DNA of 64,000 bases from Pseudomonas aeruginosa PAO1 (GTDB lineage: Bacteria; Pseudomonadota; Gammaproteobacteria; Pseudomonadales; Pseudomonadaceae), in the NCBI RefSeq assembly GCF_000006765.1, contig NC_002516.2; one strand, written 5' to 3'. The stretch's first letter is position 1, and every line of letters starts with the position of its first letter. Of the stretch, positions 51,774-60,273 are shown one piece after another. The notes beneath the pieces are model-generated. The model ran no database searches, had not been told where the DNA came from, and was given only the letters and a program-made list of their open reading frames with translations. A program made the translations under genes and the position numbers.

Positions 51774-53180
51774 ATGTCGGCCTGGCGCCACCTCAGCCTG
51801 TGGATGAATCAACTGGACGATCCGCTCGAAGCGCGCCCGTCCCTGGAAGAATCCCTCGAGGTCGACGTGGCCATCGTCGGCGCCGGCTACACCGGCCTCT
51901 GGACCGCCTATTACCTGAAGCGCCGGGCGCCGCAGTTGCGCGTCGCCATCGTCGAGGCAGAAACCGCCGGCTTCGGCGCCTCGGGGCGCAACGGCGGCTG
52001 GCTGATGGGCAACCTGCTCGGCGAGGACGGCCTGCTCGCCGGCTTGCCGCCGGAGCGGCGCCGGGCCGGCTACGACCTGCTGCACGGGATTCCCGACGAA
52101 GTCGCGCGGGTGCTGCAAGAGGAAGGCATCGACTGCGACTACCGCAAGGGCGGCGTGCTCTACTGCGCGGCGCGCTACCCGGAACAGGAACGCCGCCTGC
52201 GCGCCTATCTGCATGATCTCTATGCCGAAGGCCTGGACGAAAGCGACTACCGCTGGCTGACGCCGCAGGAACTCGACCAGCAGTTGCGCATCCCCGGCAG
52301 CTACGGGGCGATCCATTCGCCGCACTGCGCCACCATCCAGCCGGCCAGGCTCGCGCGCGGCCTGGCCCGCGCGGTGGAGCGCCTGGGCGTGCGGCTGTTC
52401 GAGAAGAGCCGGGTGCTGCACTGGCAACGCGGCCTGCTGCGCACCGAGCGCGGCGAACTGCGCGCCGAATGGATCGTACCGGCAGTGGAAGGCTACGCCG
52501 CCAGCCTGCCGCCGCTGGGCCACTACCAGTTGCCGGTGCAGAGTCTGCTGGTGGCCACCGAGCCGCTGCCGTCGTCGGTCTGGGCGGAGATCGGCCTGGA
52601 GCGCGGCCAGGCCTTCAGCGAATTCAGCCGCCAGGTCACCTATGGCCAGCGCACCGCCGACGACCGCCTGGCCTTCGGCGCGCGGGGCGGCTACCGCTTC
52701 GGCGGCAAGCTGCGCAGCGACTTCAGCCTCGACGACGAGGAAGTCGGCCTGCGTCGCTACCTGTTCGGCGAACTCTTCCCGCTGCTCAAGGACGCCAGGA
52801 TCAGCCACACCTGGGGCGGCAACCTCGGCATGGCCCGGCGCTTCCGCCCGCACATGTTGCTCGACCGCGCCAGTGGCATCGCCCTCTCCGGCGGCTACGG
52901 CGGCGAAGGGGTCGGCGCCAGCAACCTCGGCGGCCGCACCCTGGCCGCGCTGATCCTCGGTGAGGACAGCGAGCTGCTGCGGCAGCCCTGGGTGCTGGGC
53001 GAGCGTCCGCTGGACAGCCTGGCCCGCTGGGAACCGGAACCCTGCCGCTGGCTCGGCTACAACGCGATCATCCGCAGTTTCGTCCATGAGGACCGGGTCC
53101 TTGCCGACCCGCACAGCGCGCCCTGGCGCCGCAGCCTGGCGCAAACCCTCGCGGCCGGCATGGAAAGCCTGATGCGCTGA
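51774..53180 (+). CDS. FAD-dependent oxidoreductase (DAO/PuuB-like)
   Basis: 468 aa; VGAGYTGLWTA, GASGRNGG, GYGGEGV. Confidence 0.85.
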   Translation: MSAWRHLSLWMNQLDDPLEARPSLEESLEVDVAIVGAGYTGLWTAYYLKRRAPQLRVAIVEAETAGFGASGRNGGWLMGNLLGEDGLLAGLPPERRRAGYDLLHGIPDEVARVLQEEGIDCDYRKGGVLYCAARYPEQERRLRAYLHDLYAEGLDESDYRWLTPQELDQQLRIPGSYGAIHSPHCATIQPARLARGLARAVERLGVRLFEKSRVLHWQRGLLRTERGELRAEWIVPAVEGYAASLPPLGHYQLPVQSLLVATEPLPSSVWAEIGLERGQAFSEFSRQVTYGQRTADDRLAFGARGGYRFGGKLRSDFSLDDEEVGLRRYLFGELFPLLKDARISHTWGGNLGMARRFRPHMLLDRASGIALSGGYGGEGVGASNLGGRTLAALILGEDSELLRQPWVLGERPLDSLARWEPEPCRWLGYNAIIRSFVHEDRVLADPHSAPWRRSLAQTLAAGMESLMR

Positions 53181-53214
53181 GAATCCCCTCCACCTCCCAC
53201 AGAGGAAAAACCGC

Positions 53215-53559
53215 ATGGCCCTGACCCTTCTGAAAAATACCGCCGGCGCCGATCTTGGCGCCGCCAGCCCGGTCGCGGTGCCCCTTGGCGAGCCGGTCGC
53301 GCAGACCCGCGCCTACGCCGTGGAGCGCACCGACCAGGTGGAAACCGGCATCTGGGAATGCACCCCCGGACGCTGGCGGCGGCAGATCGTCGAGCAGGAG
53401 TTCTGCCACTTCCTGCAAGGCCGCTGCACCTTCACCCCGGACGGCGGCGAGACCATCCGCATCGAGGCCGGCGATGCCCTGCTGCTGCCGGAGAACAGTC
53501 TTGGCGTGTGGGATGTGCAGGAAACCGTGCGCAAGAGCTACGTGATCATCCACCGCTAG
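53215..53559 (+). CDS. Cupin (Cupin_3/EutQ-like)
   Basis: 114 aa; TGIWECTPG, EFCHFLQG, RKSYVI. Confidence 0.85.
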   Translation: MALTLLKNTAGADLGAASPVAVPLGEPVAQTRAYAVERTDQVETGIWECTPGRWRRQIVEQEFCHFLQGRCTFTPDGGETIRIEAGDALLLPENSLGVWDVQETVRKSYVIIHR

Positions 53560-53578
53560 CCCGGGCGGCGCGACGGCG

Positions 53579-54349
53579 TCACTCGAAGCGCCCGTGGCGC
53601 CCCTCGCCGTCCTTGAAGCGCTGCGCGCCCTCCAGGGTCTCGCCGCTCTCGATCACCGCCAGCCCGCCCTGGAATTCGTTGGCCAGGGCCACGTCGAAGG
53701 ACAGTTCCCACTGCGCGTATACGCTGGCGCGATCGGCGAGCATGCAGGTCTGCGGGAAGGCGGCGAGTTCCGCCGCCAGCTCCTCGGCCTCGGCTCGCGC
53801 CGAACCGCTCGGCACCACCCTGTTGGCCAGGCCGATCTGCAACGCTTCGTCGGCCTTCACCGGACGCCCGGTGAGGATCAGGTCGAGCGCCCGGCCCTGC
53901 CCGACGATCCGTGGCAGGCGCACGCTGCCGCCATCGATCAGCGGCACCCCGAAACGCCGGCAGAACACTCCGCAGATAGCGTCCTCGGCCATCACCCGCA
54001 GGTCGGCGAGCAGCGCCAGCTCCAGCCCGCCGGCCACCGCATAGCCTTCGATGGCGGCGATCAGCGGCTTGCCGAGCTGCATGCGGCTCGGCCCCATCGG
54101 TCCGTCGCCCTCCGCCTCCAGGCGATTGCGCCGCTCGCCATCCTCGGCCACCGCCGCCAGGTCGGCGCCGGCGCAGAAATTGCCGCCGCTGCCGGTGAGT
54201 ACCGCGACCCGCGCCGTATCGTCCGCTTCGAACTCGCGCAGGGCGTCGGCCAGGGCCTGGGCGGTCGGCCGGTCCACCGCATTGCGCCGCTCAGGGCGAG
54301 CGATGACCAGGGTGGTGACCGGGCCGTTGCGTTCGACGATGACACTCAT
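53579..54349 (-). CDS. Enoyl-CoA hydratase/isomerase family
   Basis: 256 aa; FCAGADL, AVAGGLELAL, GVPLIDGG. Confidence 0.9.
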   Translation of the reverse strand: MSVIVERNGPVTTLVIARPERRNAVDRPTAQALADALREFEADDTARVAVLTGSGGNFCAGADLAAVAEDGERRNRLEAEGDGPMGPSRMQLGKPLIAAIEGYAVAGGLELALLADLRVMAEDAICGVFCRRFGVPLIDGGSVRLPRIVGQGRALDLILTGRPVKADEALQIGLANRVVPSGSARAEAEELAAELAAFPQTCMLADRASVYAQWELSFDVALANEFQGGLAVIESGETLEGAQRFKDGEGRHGRFE

Positions 54350-54398
54350 GACAGACTCCCTGCGGAAAAAGCGAAAAAAGACACCGGCCGGATGGCAG

Positions 54399-54420
54399 AA
54401 GACCGGCGTCAGCCGGTCTT
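54399..54420. terminator. Intergenic hairpin / possible terminator
   Basis: AAGACCGGC-GTCA-GCCGGTCTT, 9-bp stem; T-runs ~20 nt downstream on the minus strand. Confidence 0.45.
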
Positions 54421-54465
54421 CACCTTAGTCCTTTTCCCGCGGCCGCGCCGCATCCGCCGGGCGTC

Positions 54466-55377
54466 TCAGAGCGCGTGCTTCTGCAGGTTGGCCATCATTT
54501 CACGGAGCGCCTCGACGTTGTCCGCCGGGTGCGCGGCGTTCTCGAAGTCGCAGATCTGCTGCCAGTGCGCGGCCACGTCCTCGGCGTCGAAGCCGGCCTT
54601 CGGATCGAAGCCGAAGCCCAGGCTGCGTTCCCAGCGTACCTTGCCGATCCAGCCACCGCCGACCTCATAGAGCCCCGAGGTATCCTCGCAGGCCGAGCTG
54701 CCGAGGTAGACCACCAGCGGGCTGACCAGCTCCGGCTTGAGCTGCTCGAAGACCTGCGGCGGGATCAGCCCCTCGGTCATCCGCGTACCGCCGGTGGGGG
54801 CGATGGCGTTGACCAGGATATTGTTCTTGCGCCCTTCCAGGGCCAGGGTGCGGGTCAGGCCGTAGAGGCCGAGCTTGGCCATGCCGTAGTTGCTTTGGCC
54901 GAAGTTGCCGTAGATGCCCGAGGTCGAGGAGGTGAACACCACCCGCCCGTAGGCCTGCTCGCGCAAGTGCGGCCAGGCGGCGCGAGTGACCTTGTAGGCG
55001 CCTTCGACATGCACCTGGTAGACCAGGTCCCAGTCGGCGTCCTCCATCTTGTGGAAGGTCTTGTCACGCAGGATGCCGGCATTGTTGACCACCACGTCGA
55101 CGCGACCGAAGGCGTCCAGCGCGTTCTCCACGATCCTGCCGCCGTCCGTGACCGAGTCGTGGTTGGCCACCGCGGTGCCGCCGGCGGCACGGATCTCCGC
55201 CACCACCTTGTCCGCCGCCGAGGCACTGGCGCCTTCGCCATGGGTGCTACCGCCGAGGTCGTTGACCACCACCCGGGCGCCATGCTTCGCGAACAGCAGG
55301 GCGTGGGCGCGGCCAAGGCCGCCGCCGGCTCCGGTGACGATCACGACTTGGTCGTCGAAACGCAGGGCATCGCTCAT
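54466..55377 (-). CDS. SDR, hydroxyacyl-CoA dehydrogenase (MFE-2 N-domain-like)
   Basis: ATG 55377 (303 aa); TGAGGGLG, VVNDLGG, GNFGQSNYGMAK. Confidence 0.88.
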   Translation of the reverse strand: MSDALRFDDQVVIVTGAGGGLGRAHALLFAKHGARVVVNDLGGSTHGEGASASAADKVVAEIRAAGGTAVANHDSVTDGGRIVENALDAFGRVDVVVNNAGILRDKTFHKMEDADWDLVYQVHVEGAYKVTRAAWPHLREQAYGRVVFTSSTSGIYGNFGQSNYGMAKLGLYGLTRTLALEGRKNNILVNAIAPTGGTRMTEGLIPPQVFEQLKPELVSPLVVYLGSSACEDTSGLYEVGGGWIGKVRWERSLGFGFDPKAGFDAEDVAAHWQQICDFENAAHPADNVEALREMMANLQKHAL

Positions 55378-55492
55378 GTTCGGGACTCCAGGGCAGTAGG
55401 AAGGATTGCCCGAGTGTCGGCCAGCCCGCCGGCGGGGACAAGGCTTCGCGCCGCCATGAATGGCGCCCGATAAGGCAGCGGGATGTTCCGCT

Positions 55493-55786
55493 TCAGTCGA
55501 ACGGAATGTACAGCCGGCCACGCGGGCCGAGCTTGAACAGCCACCAGTCGTAGTTGTGCCGGACCACCACCAGCAGCAGGCTGCCGAGCAACGCGAGGCC
55601 GGCGCCGACGGCGTACCAGCGACTGCCTTCCTGCCAGCACAGGTAGCCGAGCCCGAGCGCCAGCAGCAGGCCGAGTTCGGCGAGGACCATCCCGGACTGG
55701 CGGATGAACGGTTGCGCCTGCACCATCTGGCGGAACAACCAGGAGCCCTCGTCGAACGCGCGCAAGGGAGAAACGGGATCGTGCAT
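55493..55786 (-). CDS. Small membrane protein
   Basis: ATG 55786 after GGAGGT (97 aa); two TM segments. Confidence 0.65.
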   Translation of the reverse strand: MHDPVSPLRAFDEGSWLFRQMVQAQPFIRQSGMVLAELGLLLALGLGYLCWQEGSRWYAVGAGLALLGSLLLVVVRHNYDWWLFKLGPRGRLYIPFD

Positions 55787-55884
55787 GGAGACCTCCATGG
55801 GTGACGAAACGCCTCGTCCAGCGAGGCGCCAGCACCCTAGCCCCGATCCTTGCGCGATGGCACTTGCTGCAATCTCAAACTCGC

Positions 55885-56781
55885 TTAAGAAAACTCTGAA
55901 TCATCCAGTCGGGCGCGAAACGCCAGGTAATGTTCGAGCACCGCCGCCGGCGCTTCGATCTGCGGATAATGGCCGATGCCATCGAGCAGCACGCAGTCGG
56001 CATCGGCGACCAGTTGCCGGTAGCGCTCGACCATGTGCGCCCCGGAGATCGGGTCGACGGCGCCGTCGATCACCCGCAACGGCACCCCGCCGTGCTGCAA
56101 CGCCGCCACCCAGCGCTCACGCTGCTCGCGGCGGTCGACGATGTAGCGGATCAGGCGATGCATCACCCGCTGCCCCTGGTTGCTTTCGATCAGGCTCCAG
56201 AAGGCATCCAGCTCGGTCTCGCCGGGCTGGCTGCGCGGGCCGAAGACCTTGGCGAAGTTGCGCGCCAGGGCGCGGCGGTCGAACAGCCGGCCGAACAGCC
56301 CGCCCAACGGGCTCAGCAACAGCTTCTGGCTGAGCACCGGGCGGTGCGTTTCCGGGAACAGCCCACCATTGAGGAACACGCAGGAGGCGAGCCGCAGCCG
56401 GCCTTCGTGATGGCGGGCGAGCAGTTCCTGGGCGACGCTGTCGCCGTAGTCGTGGGCCAGCACGTGCAGCGGCTCATCGATTCCCAGGCGGCCGAGCAGC
56501 GCCTGTTGCAGGTCGGCCTGCTCCAGCAGGCTGTAGCGATGGGCGCGCGGCTTGGCCGAATCGCCGAAGCCGAGCAGGTCGCAGACCAGCACGCGGTAGC
56601 GCTGCGCCAGCGGCTCCCAGAGGTAGTGCCAGTCCCAGGCGGCGCTGGGAAAACCGTGGATCAGCAGCAACGGCCGACCCTGCCCGGCTTCCCAGTAGCG
56701 GATCGGGAAGCCCTTGAAATCCAGGGTGCGGCCGCGCCTCCGCCAGGCCTCCAGTGGAATGCCGGGCAGCGCCGCGGTCAC
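55885..56781 (-). CDS. Alpha/beta hydrolase (epoxide hydrolase/MEST-like)
   Basis: 298 aa; HGFPS, AHDYG nucleophile elbow, GHYPQIE. Confidence 0.88.
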   Translation of the reverse strand: MTAALPGIPLEAWRRRGRTLDFKGFPIRYWEAGQGRPLLLIHGFPSAAWDWHYLWEPLAQRYRVLVCDLLGFGDSAKPRAHRYSLLEQADLQQALLGRLGIDEPLHVLAHDYGDSVAQELLARHHEGRLRLASCVFLNGGLFPETHRPVLSQKLLLSPLGGLFGRLFDRRALARNFAKVFGPRSQPGETELDAFWSLIESNQGQRVMHRLIRYIVDRREQRERWVAALQHGGVPLRVIDGAVDPISGAHMVERYRQLVADADCVLLDGIGHYPQIEAPAAVLEHYLAFRARLDDSEFS

Positions 56782-57557
56782 TGGCGGTAGCCCGGGTTCT
56801 GCTGGTCGAGCTTGCGCAGCAGCGCCGGCCAGGCGAGCTGGCCGCCCATGCCGGTCTTGCTGCGCATCACCCCGGCGATCATGTCGCGCGCGCCGGCGAG
56901 GATCTGCCCCGGGATGTGGATCAGCTCGGCGCCGCCGCTCTGCGCCATCACCTGTACCTCGCAGGCGCGTTGCAGGGTGAACATCATGAGGAAGGTATCG
57001 GCGATGGAACCGCCGCAGGTGAGCAGGCCGTGGTTGGGCAGGATCAGGAAATTGCTGGCCCCCAGGTCGGCCTGCAGGCGGGCCTTTTCCTCATGGTTCA
57101 GGGCGACGCCCTCGTAGGCGTGGTAGGACAGGCTGGAGAGCACGAACAACGATTGCTGCGACAGCGGCAACAGGCCCTGCTTCTGGCAGGACACCGCGAT
57201 CCCCGCGGCGGTATGGGTGTGCAGCACGCACTCGACGTCGTGGCGGACCTCGTGCACCGCGCTATGGATGGTGTAGCCGGCCGGGTTGATCTCGTAGGGG
57301 CTGTCCATCAGCTTCTTGCCGCTGGCATCCACCTTCACCAGGCTGGAGGCGGTGATCTCGTGGAACATCAGGCCGAACGGGTTGATCAGGAAGTCCTCGG
57401 TGCCCGGCACCTTGGCCGAGATGTGGGTGAAGATCAGGTCGTCCCAACCGTGCAGGGCGACCAGCCGGTAGCAGGCAGCGAGATCGACGCGGGTCTGCCA
57501 TTCGGCGGCGGAGACCTGGGCTTGCACATCGGCGGGCAGGGAGTGAACGGCGGTCAC
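56778..57557 (-). CDS. Class II aldolase/adducin-family protein
   Basis: GTG 57557 (259 aa); THIS, IHSAVH, LHTHT, LPNHGLL. Confidence 0.88.
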   Translation of the reverse strand: MTAVHSLPADVQAQVSAAEWQTRVDLAACYRLVALHGWDDLIFTHISAKVPGTEDFLINPFGLMFHEITASSLVKVDASGKKLMDSPYEINPAGYTIHSAVHEVRHDVECVLHTHTAAGIAVSCQKQGLLPLSQQSLFVLSSLSYHAYEGVALNHEEKARLQADLGASNFLILPNHGLLTCGGSIADTFLMMFTLQRACEVQVMAQSGGAELIHIPGQILAGARDMIAGVMRSKTGMGGQLAWPALLRKLDQQNPGYRQ

Positions 57558-57685
57558 GGCGGCATCCTCTTTTGTCGTTATCGGATGCCCGCAGTCTAGC
57601 CCCGCCCTCCTCCGGCGACTGTCGCCGGGCTTACACTCGCGCGCCGGCTGAATGGCGGAGGATTCAGCCGGCCTATGCGCGCAGG

Positions 57686-58372
57686 CTACAGGCAGTGGGC
57701 GACCAGGGGCGCGACCAGCAGGTTGAACAGCCCGGTGAGAACCATCAGCAGACCGGCCGCCGAACCTTCCTCGCCGCCGAACTCGTAGGCCCGACTGGTG
57801 CCGGCGCCGTGCGCGCCGACGCCGAACAGCGCGCCGCGGGCCAGCGGCGTGCGCAAGCGCAGGACGCGCAGCAGGGTGCCGCCGATCACCGCGCCGAACA
57901 CCCCGGTGATCATCACGAAGGCGGCGGTCAGTTCCGGCACGCCACCCAGGTCGTGGGACATCTCCATGGCGAACGGCGTGGTGATCGAGCGCGGCAGCAA
58001 CGACAGCGTGACCTGGCCGTCCAGCGCCAGGGCCTGGGCCAGCGCCCAGGAGCTGCCGATGGCCACCGCGGTGCCGGCGAACATCCCGGCCAGCAGCGCC
58101 GGCCAGTGGCGCATCAGCAGCTCGCGCTGCTGCCAGATCGGGATGGCGAAGGCCACCGTCGCCGGACCGAGCAGCGCCACCAGCCAATTGGTGTCGCGAG
58201 CGTAGTCGGCGTAGCGGGTATGGGTGGGAATCGCCAGGGCATAGAGCAGCACCGGGACGAACACGATGGGCGACAGCCAGTACCACTTCACCCGGCGGTA
58301 CAGCTGGCGGCTCAGCAGGTAGCCGCCGACGGTCGCCGCCAACCAGAACAGGGCTTGCTTATCGAGACTCAT
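57686..58372 (-). CDS. LrgB/CidB-family membrane protein
   Basis: 228 aa; LLGPATVAFAIP, PRSITTP, GAHGAGT. Confidence 0.88.
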   Translation of the reverse strand: MSLDKQALFWLAATVGGYLLSRQLYRRVKWYWLSPIVFVPVLLYALAIPTHTRYADYARDTNWLVALLGPATVAFAIPIWQQRELLMRHWPALLAGMFAGTAVAIGSSWALAQALALDGQVTLSLLPRSITTPFAMEMSHDLGGVPELTAAFVMITGVFGAVIGGTLLRVLRLRTPLARGALFGVGAHGAGTSRAYEFGGEEGSAAGLLMVLTGLFNLLVAPLVAHCL

Positions 58373-58748
58373 GGCGCGCCCTCCAGCGGCACATCCACTC
58401 CACCGACACCGCGGTGACCAGCATCACCAGCAGGGTGCTGAGCATGATCACCAGGAGGATGCGCCAGCCCTCGCTGCGTAGCAGCGCGCCGTAGTCGAGC
58501 AGGCTCATCAGCGCCGGGATGAAGAACAGCAACATCTCCGCCAGCAACAGGCCGGCGCCGGCCTGCAGCCAGGCCGGACGCAGCAGGCCGCTGGCGAACA
58601 GCAGCAACAGTGCCGCCAGGCCGACCACCCCGCCCGGCAGCGGCAGGCCGATGGCCTTCGCCAGCCAGCCGCCGGCCCACCAGAAGGCGATGAGTACCGC
58701 CAGTTCGGCGGCAAGGCGGGACAGACGGCGGACGAGCGGGGGCAACAT
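58359..58748 (-). CDS. CidA/LrgA-family holin-like protein
   Basis: 129 aa, TTG start; LPLPGGVVGL, EMLLFFIP. Confidence 0.88.
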   Translation of the reverse strand: MLPPLVRRLSRLAAELAVLIAFWWAGGWLAKAIGLPLPGGVVGLAALLLLFASGLLRPAWLQAGAGLLLAEMLLFFIPALMSLLDYGALLRSEGWRILLVIMLSTLLVMLVTAVSVEWMCRWRARHESR

Positions 58749-58843
58749 GGGAAAGGCCTTGGCTGGGAAATCGGGGATGGAGAAAGGATAAGGCCCGGCC
58801 TATCATCCCCAAAGCGAATTGTCCGCATGAGAGCCATTCCAGA

Positions 58844-59737
58844 ATGGAATTCCGTCAACTCCGCAGCTTCGTCGAAGTGGTCCGCCAGGGCAGCTTCACC
58901 CAGGCGGCTCAGGTCCGCCACGCCAGCCAGTCGACCATCAGCAAGCAGGTCGCCCAACTGGAGCAGAGCCTTGGCGTGCAGGTATTGGAACGCAACGGGC
59001 CGCACGTGCGCCTGACCGACGCCGGCGCCGTGGTGTTTCGCCGCGCCGAGGAGATGCTGCGGCTGCGCCGCGACCTGCTCAGCGAATTGGACGACCTCAG
59101 CCAGCTCAACCGCGGCGAACTGCGCCTGGGCCTGCCGTTGCTCGGTGCCGACGCGCTGTTCGCCCAACGCTTCGCCGAATACCGGCGGCGCTATCCGAAC
59201 ATCGCCGTGCACCTGGTGGAGGGCGGCAGCAAGACCATGGAGCAGGCGGTGCTGGCCGGCGAGCTGGAATTGGCCGGCAGCCTCACCCCGGCGGACGACG
59301 GCTTCGACTACCAGCCGTTCTGCAACGAACCGCTGGACGTGCTGCTGCCGGCCGGGCATCCCAAGGCCGCTGCCGCCAGCGTCGCCCTCGGCGAACTGGC
59401 GGACAGCCCGTTCCTGCTCTACCAGCAGAGCTTCACCCTCAACGACCGCCTGCTGCGCGCCTGCCTGGAGGCCGGCTTCAGCCCGCGCGAAGGCGGCCGC
59501 AGCGGCCAGGCCGACTTCCTCGGCGCGCTGGTGGCGGCCAACCAGGGAGTGGTGCTGCTACCACGGGTGATCGCTCGCGAGATCGAACGCCCGGGAGTGG
59601 TGCGGGTCCTGCTCAGGGAGCCGGACCTGCGCTGGGACATCGCCTTCATCTGGCGCCGTGGCGGCTACCTGTCGCGGGCGGCGCAGGCCTGGCTGGAGCT
59701 GCTGCGCGAGCAGCCGCTGGAGGAAAGCCCGGCGTAG
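58844..59737 (+). CDS. LysR-family regulator (CidR-like)
   Basis: 297 aa LysR HTH, divergent from cidA/lrgB pair. Confidence 0.9.
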   Translation: MEFRQLRSFVEVVRQGSFTQAAQVRHASQSTISKQVAQLEQSLGVQVLERNGPHVRLTDAGAVVFRRAEEMLRLRRDLLSELDDLSQLNRGELRLGLPLLGADALFAQRFAEYRRRYPNIAVHLVEGGSKTMEQAVLAGELELAGSLTPADDGFDYQPFCNEPLDVLLPAGHPKAAAASVALGELADSPFLLYQQSFTLNDRLLRACLEAGFSPREGGRSGQADFLGALVAANQGVVLLPRVIAREIERPGVVRVLLREPDLRWDIAFIWRRGGYLSRAAQAWLELLREQPLEESPA

Positions 59738-59998
59738 GACGAATAACCGCCAGCTCGGCAGAGGCTACGGCGGATAACGCCTGGGGGCGTTATTCGCCCT
59801 ACCGCTTGCTCCCTCCCCGTGTAGGGCGAATAACCGCTACGCGGTTATCCGCCACCTCGGCAGGCGTTTCGGCGGATAACGCCTGGGGCGTTATTCGCCC
59901 TACCGCTTGCTCCCTCCCCGTGTAGGGCGAATAACCGCTACGCGGTTATCCGCCACCTCGGCAGGCGTTTCGGCGGATAACGCCTGGGGCGTTATTCG
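59734..59998. repeat. REP-doublet array, left part
   Basis: Degenerate REP at 59734, units at 59769 (102 bp) and 59871 (101 bp), and the first 27 bp of unit 3 from 59972. Each unit holds two inverted GTAG-type REPs. Confidence 0.95.
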
Positions 59999-60001
59999 TA
60001 T

Positions 60002-60014
60002 ATGGACTCCTCCC
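60002..60014. repeat. IS subterminal inverted repeat (right end, 3 bp from end)
   Basis: ATGGACTCCTCCC, exact reverse complement of 61351-61363. Confidence 0.95.
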
Positions 60015-60049
60015 GGTTTGCCAGTGTTTGTCTTGATTTCAAACCTGTG

Positions 60050-60210
60050 TACGACTGCATCCGTATATCCGGCTTCATGGAGTGGTGTTGCAACTCCCGA
60101 GCCCTGATGAAATGCGCGCCTGCATACCTGATCGCCCTAACGGCTTTGCTTCACTGCAGCAGGGAGCCCACGTATAAACCAGGTTTCATGCAGGCCGGTT
60201 CGACCGGTTC
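60050..60210 (-). ncRNA. Putative bridge/seek RNA of the IS (target- and donor-binding loops)
   Basis: Manual folding gives two stem/internal-loop/hairpin modules whose loops match the REP target and the circle junction; transcript ends unknown. Confidence 0.8.
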
Positions 60211-60273
60211 GTCATCATTGTCATTCACTGAGCAATCGTGGTGGATGTTTCAACTACGGTGTGGCAGGAACGC

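Noticed and set aside
57686-58748. cidA/lrgB pair as a prophage lysis remnant
   Set aside because: Standard chromosomal CidA/LrgB plus LysR arrangement; no endolysin or other phage genes nearby.
60215-60221. Extra 7-nt match (ACAAUGA) to the circle junction
   Set aside because: Lies outside both stem-loop modules and has no paired partner guide; a 7-mer match is plausible by chance. Left unassigned.
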